Positions 61,973 to 64,000 of a stretch of DNA of 64,000 nucleotides are shown piece after piece. The DNA lies in NCBI GenBank assembly GCA_963775425.1, contig CAVZJB010000004.1, forward strand, positions 480,001-544,000, in the 5' to 3' direction. Below the pieces are notes generated by a model, which had not been told where the DNA came from, did no database searches, and worked only from the letters and a program-made list of their open reading frames with translations. Both the position numbers and the translations under genes were made by a program. Source of the DNA: an uncultured delta proteobacterium. Its GTDB lineage: Bacteria; Myxococcota; UBA727; VGSZ01. Numbering within the stretch: position 1 is the first letter of the stretch; each line of letters begins with the position of its first letter.

Positions 61973-62509
61973 TCAGTCCTCGAGCTCCTCGACCAGCGAT
62001 GCGCCGGCGTCCTTCAGGAGCGCCTGCGTCTTCGCGAGATCGAAGTTCGGATCCTTCGCCTCGATGATGATGAAGAACTTGTCGTCGGTGACGCGCTCGA
62101 ACGCCCGGGACTTGAACGCCGGGTGGTGAAGCCGCGGCAGCCCGTTCAAGATCCAGTTGAAGAAGAACGCCGTCAGGCAGCTCGTGAGAACCGTGAACTC
62201 GTACCAGACCGGCACGAAGGCCGGGATGGAGAACAGCGGCTTGCCACCGACGATGAACGGGTACGCCGAAGCCATGGTCCAGCACTCGAAGCCGATGCCG
62301 AAGGCGGAGCCGGACAGGCCGATGCAGAGCACGATCCACGGCAGCGACGTGGCCTTCAGGCCCATCGCCCTGTCGAGGCCGTGCACGGCCCACGGCACGC
62401 ACGCGTCCCACTTGCTGTAGCCGGCGTCGCGCACGCGCTCGCAGGCCTTGTAGATGATCTGCGGAGACTCGTACTGCGCGAGGAGTCCCCAGAGTCGCGG
62501 GCCACTCAT
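61973..62509 (-). CDS. actD: Alternative complex III subunit D (DUF3341)
   Basis: VRDAGYSKWD..PWAVHGLD.AMGL, YP..VGGKP, PAFVPV.YE.TVL, DKFF. Confidence 0.88.
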   Translation of the reverse strand: MSGPRLWGLLAQYESPQIIYKACERVRDAGYSKWDACVPWAVHGLDRAMGLKATSLPWIVLCIGLSGSAFGIGFECWTMASAYPFIVGGKPLFSIPAFVPVWYEFTVLTSCLTAFFFNWILNGLPRLHHPAFKSRAFERVTDDKFFIIIEAKDPNFDLAKTQALLKDAGASLVEELED

Positions 62510-62550
62510 GTCAGTGCCCCCCTTCTTGGTGGATGCTGGCGGTGGCTTCT

Positions 62551-63990
<1,440 letters not shown>

Positions 63991-64000
63991 GTCAGCCGAG

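Noticed and set aside
63991-64000. 3' end of actB
   Set aside because: A minus-strand TGA is present at 63992-63994, but ten bases are too few to support a call.

Overview
High-GC window that looks like Myxococcota/Deltaproteobacteria (Ser/Thr kinases, Cys-rich and (GE)n lipoproteins, alternative complex III). In order it carries: a partial TetR; a HEAT-repeat protein; pcnB and coaX, divergent from a complete oleABCD olefin/beta-lactone operon; two STAND ATPase-TPR proteins; a rhomboid-TPR protein; an alkyltransferase-like protein; TetR; START; a Grx4-IscA-like-rhodanese fusion; a frameshifted PilZ-like/J-like gene; a GldAFG-like ABC system with DUF4340; manA-aat-DUF482; a complete IS110 element; three more Ser/Thr kinases; a MocR divergon; a poly-HAMP hybrid kinase cluster; clpS-X-clpA; a DEAD-box helicase; an SGNH-like hydrolase; and actCDEF. 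The best find is the IS110 element (31135-32639). Its upstream non-coding region forms two stem-loops, and four guide segments in them match its own target flanks and donor ends. The element also has a 4-nt TGAG core, a palindromic target and an outward-facing TTGACA. This reads as a bridge-RNA recombinase system in its natural insertion site. Other notable points are a leaderless-promoter signature at eight genes, two intergenic minisatellites anchored at stop codons, and two +1 frameshifts that both fall in CGATCT. Family assignments come from motifs recognised by eye; no database search was run.
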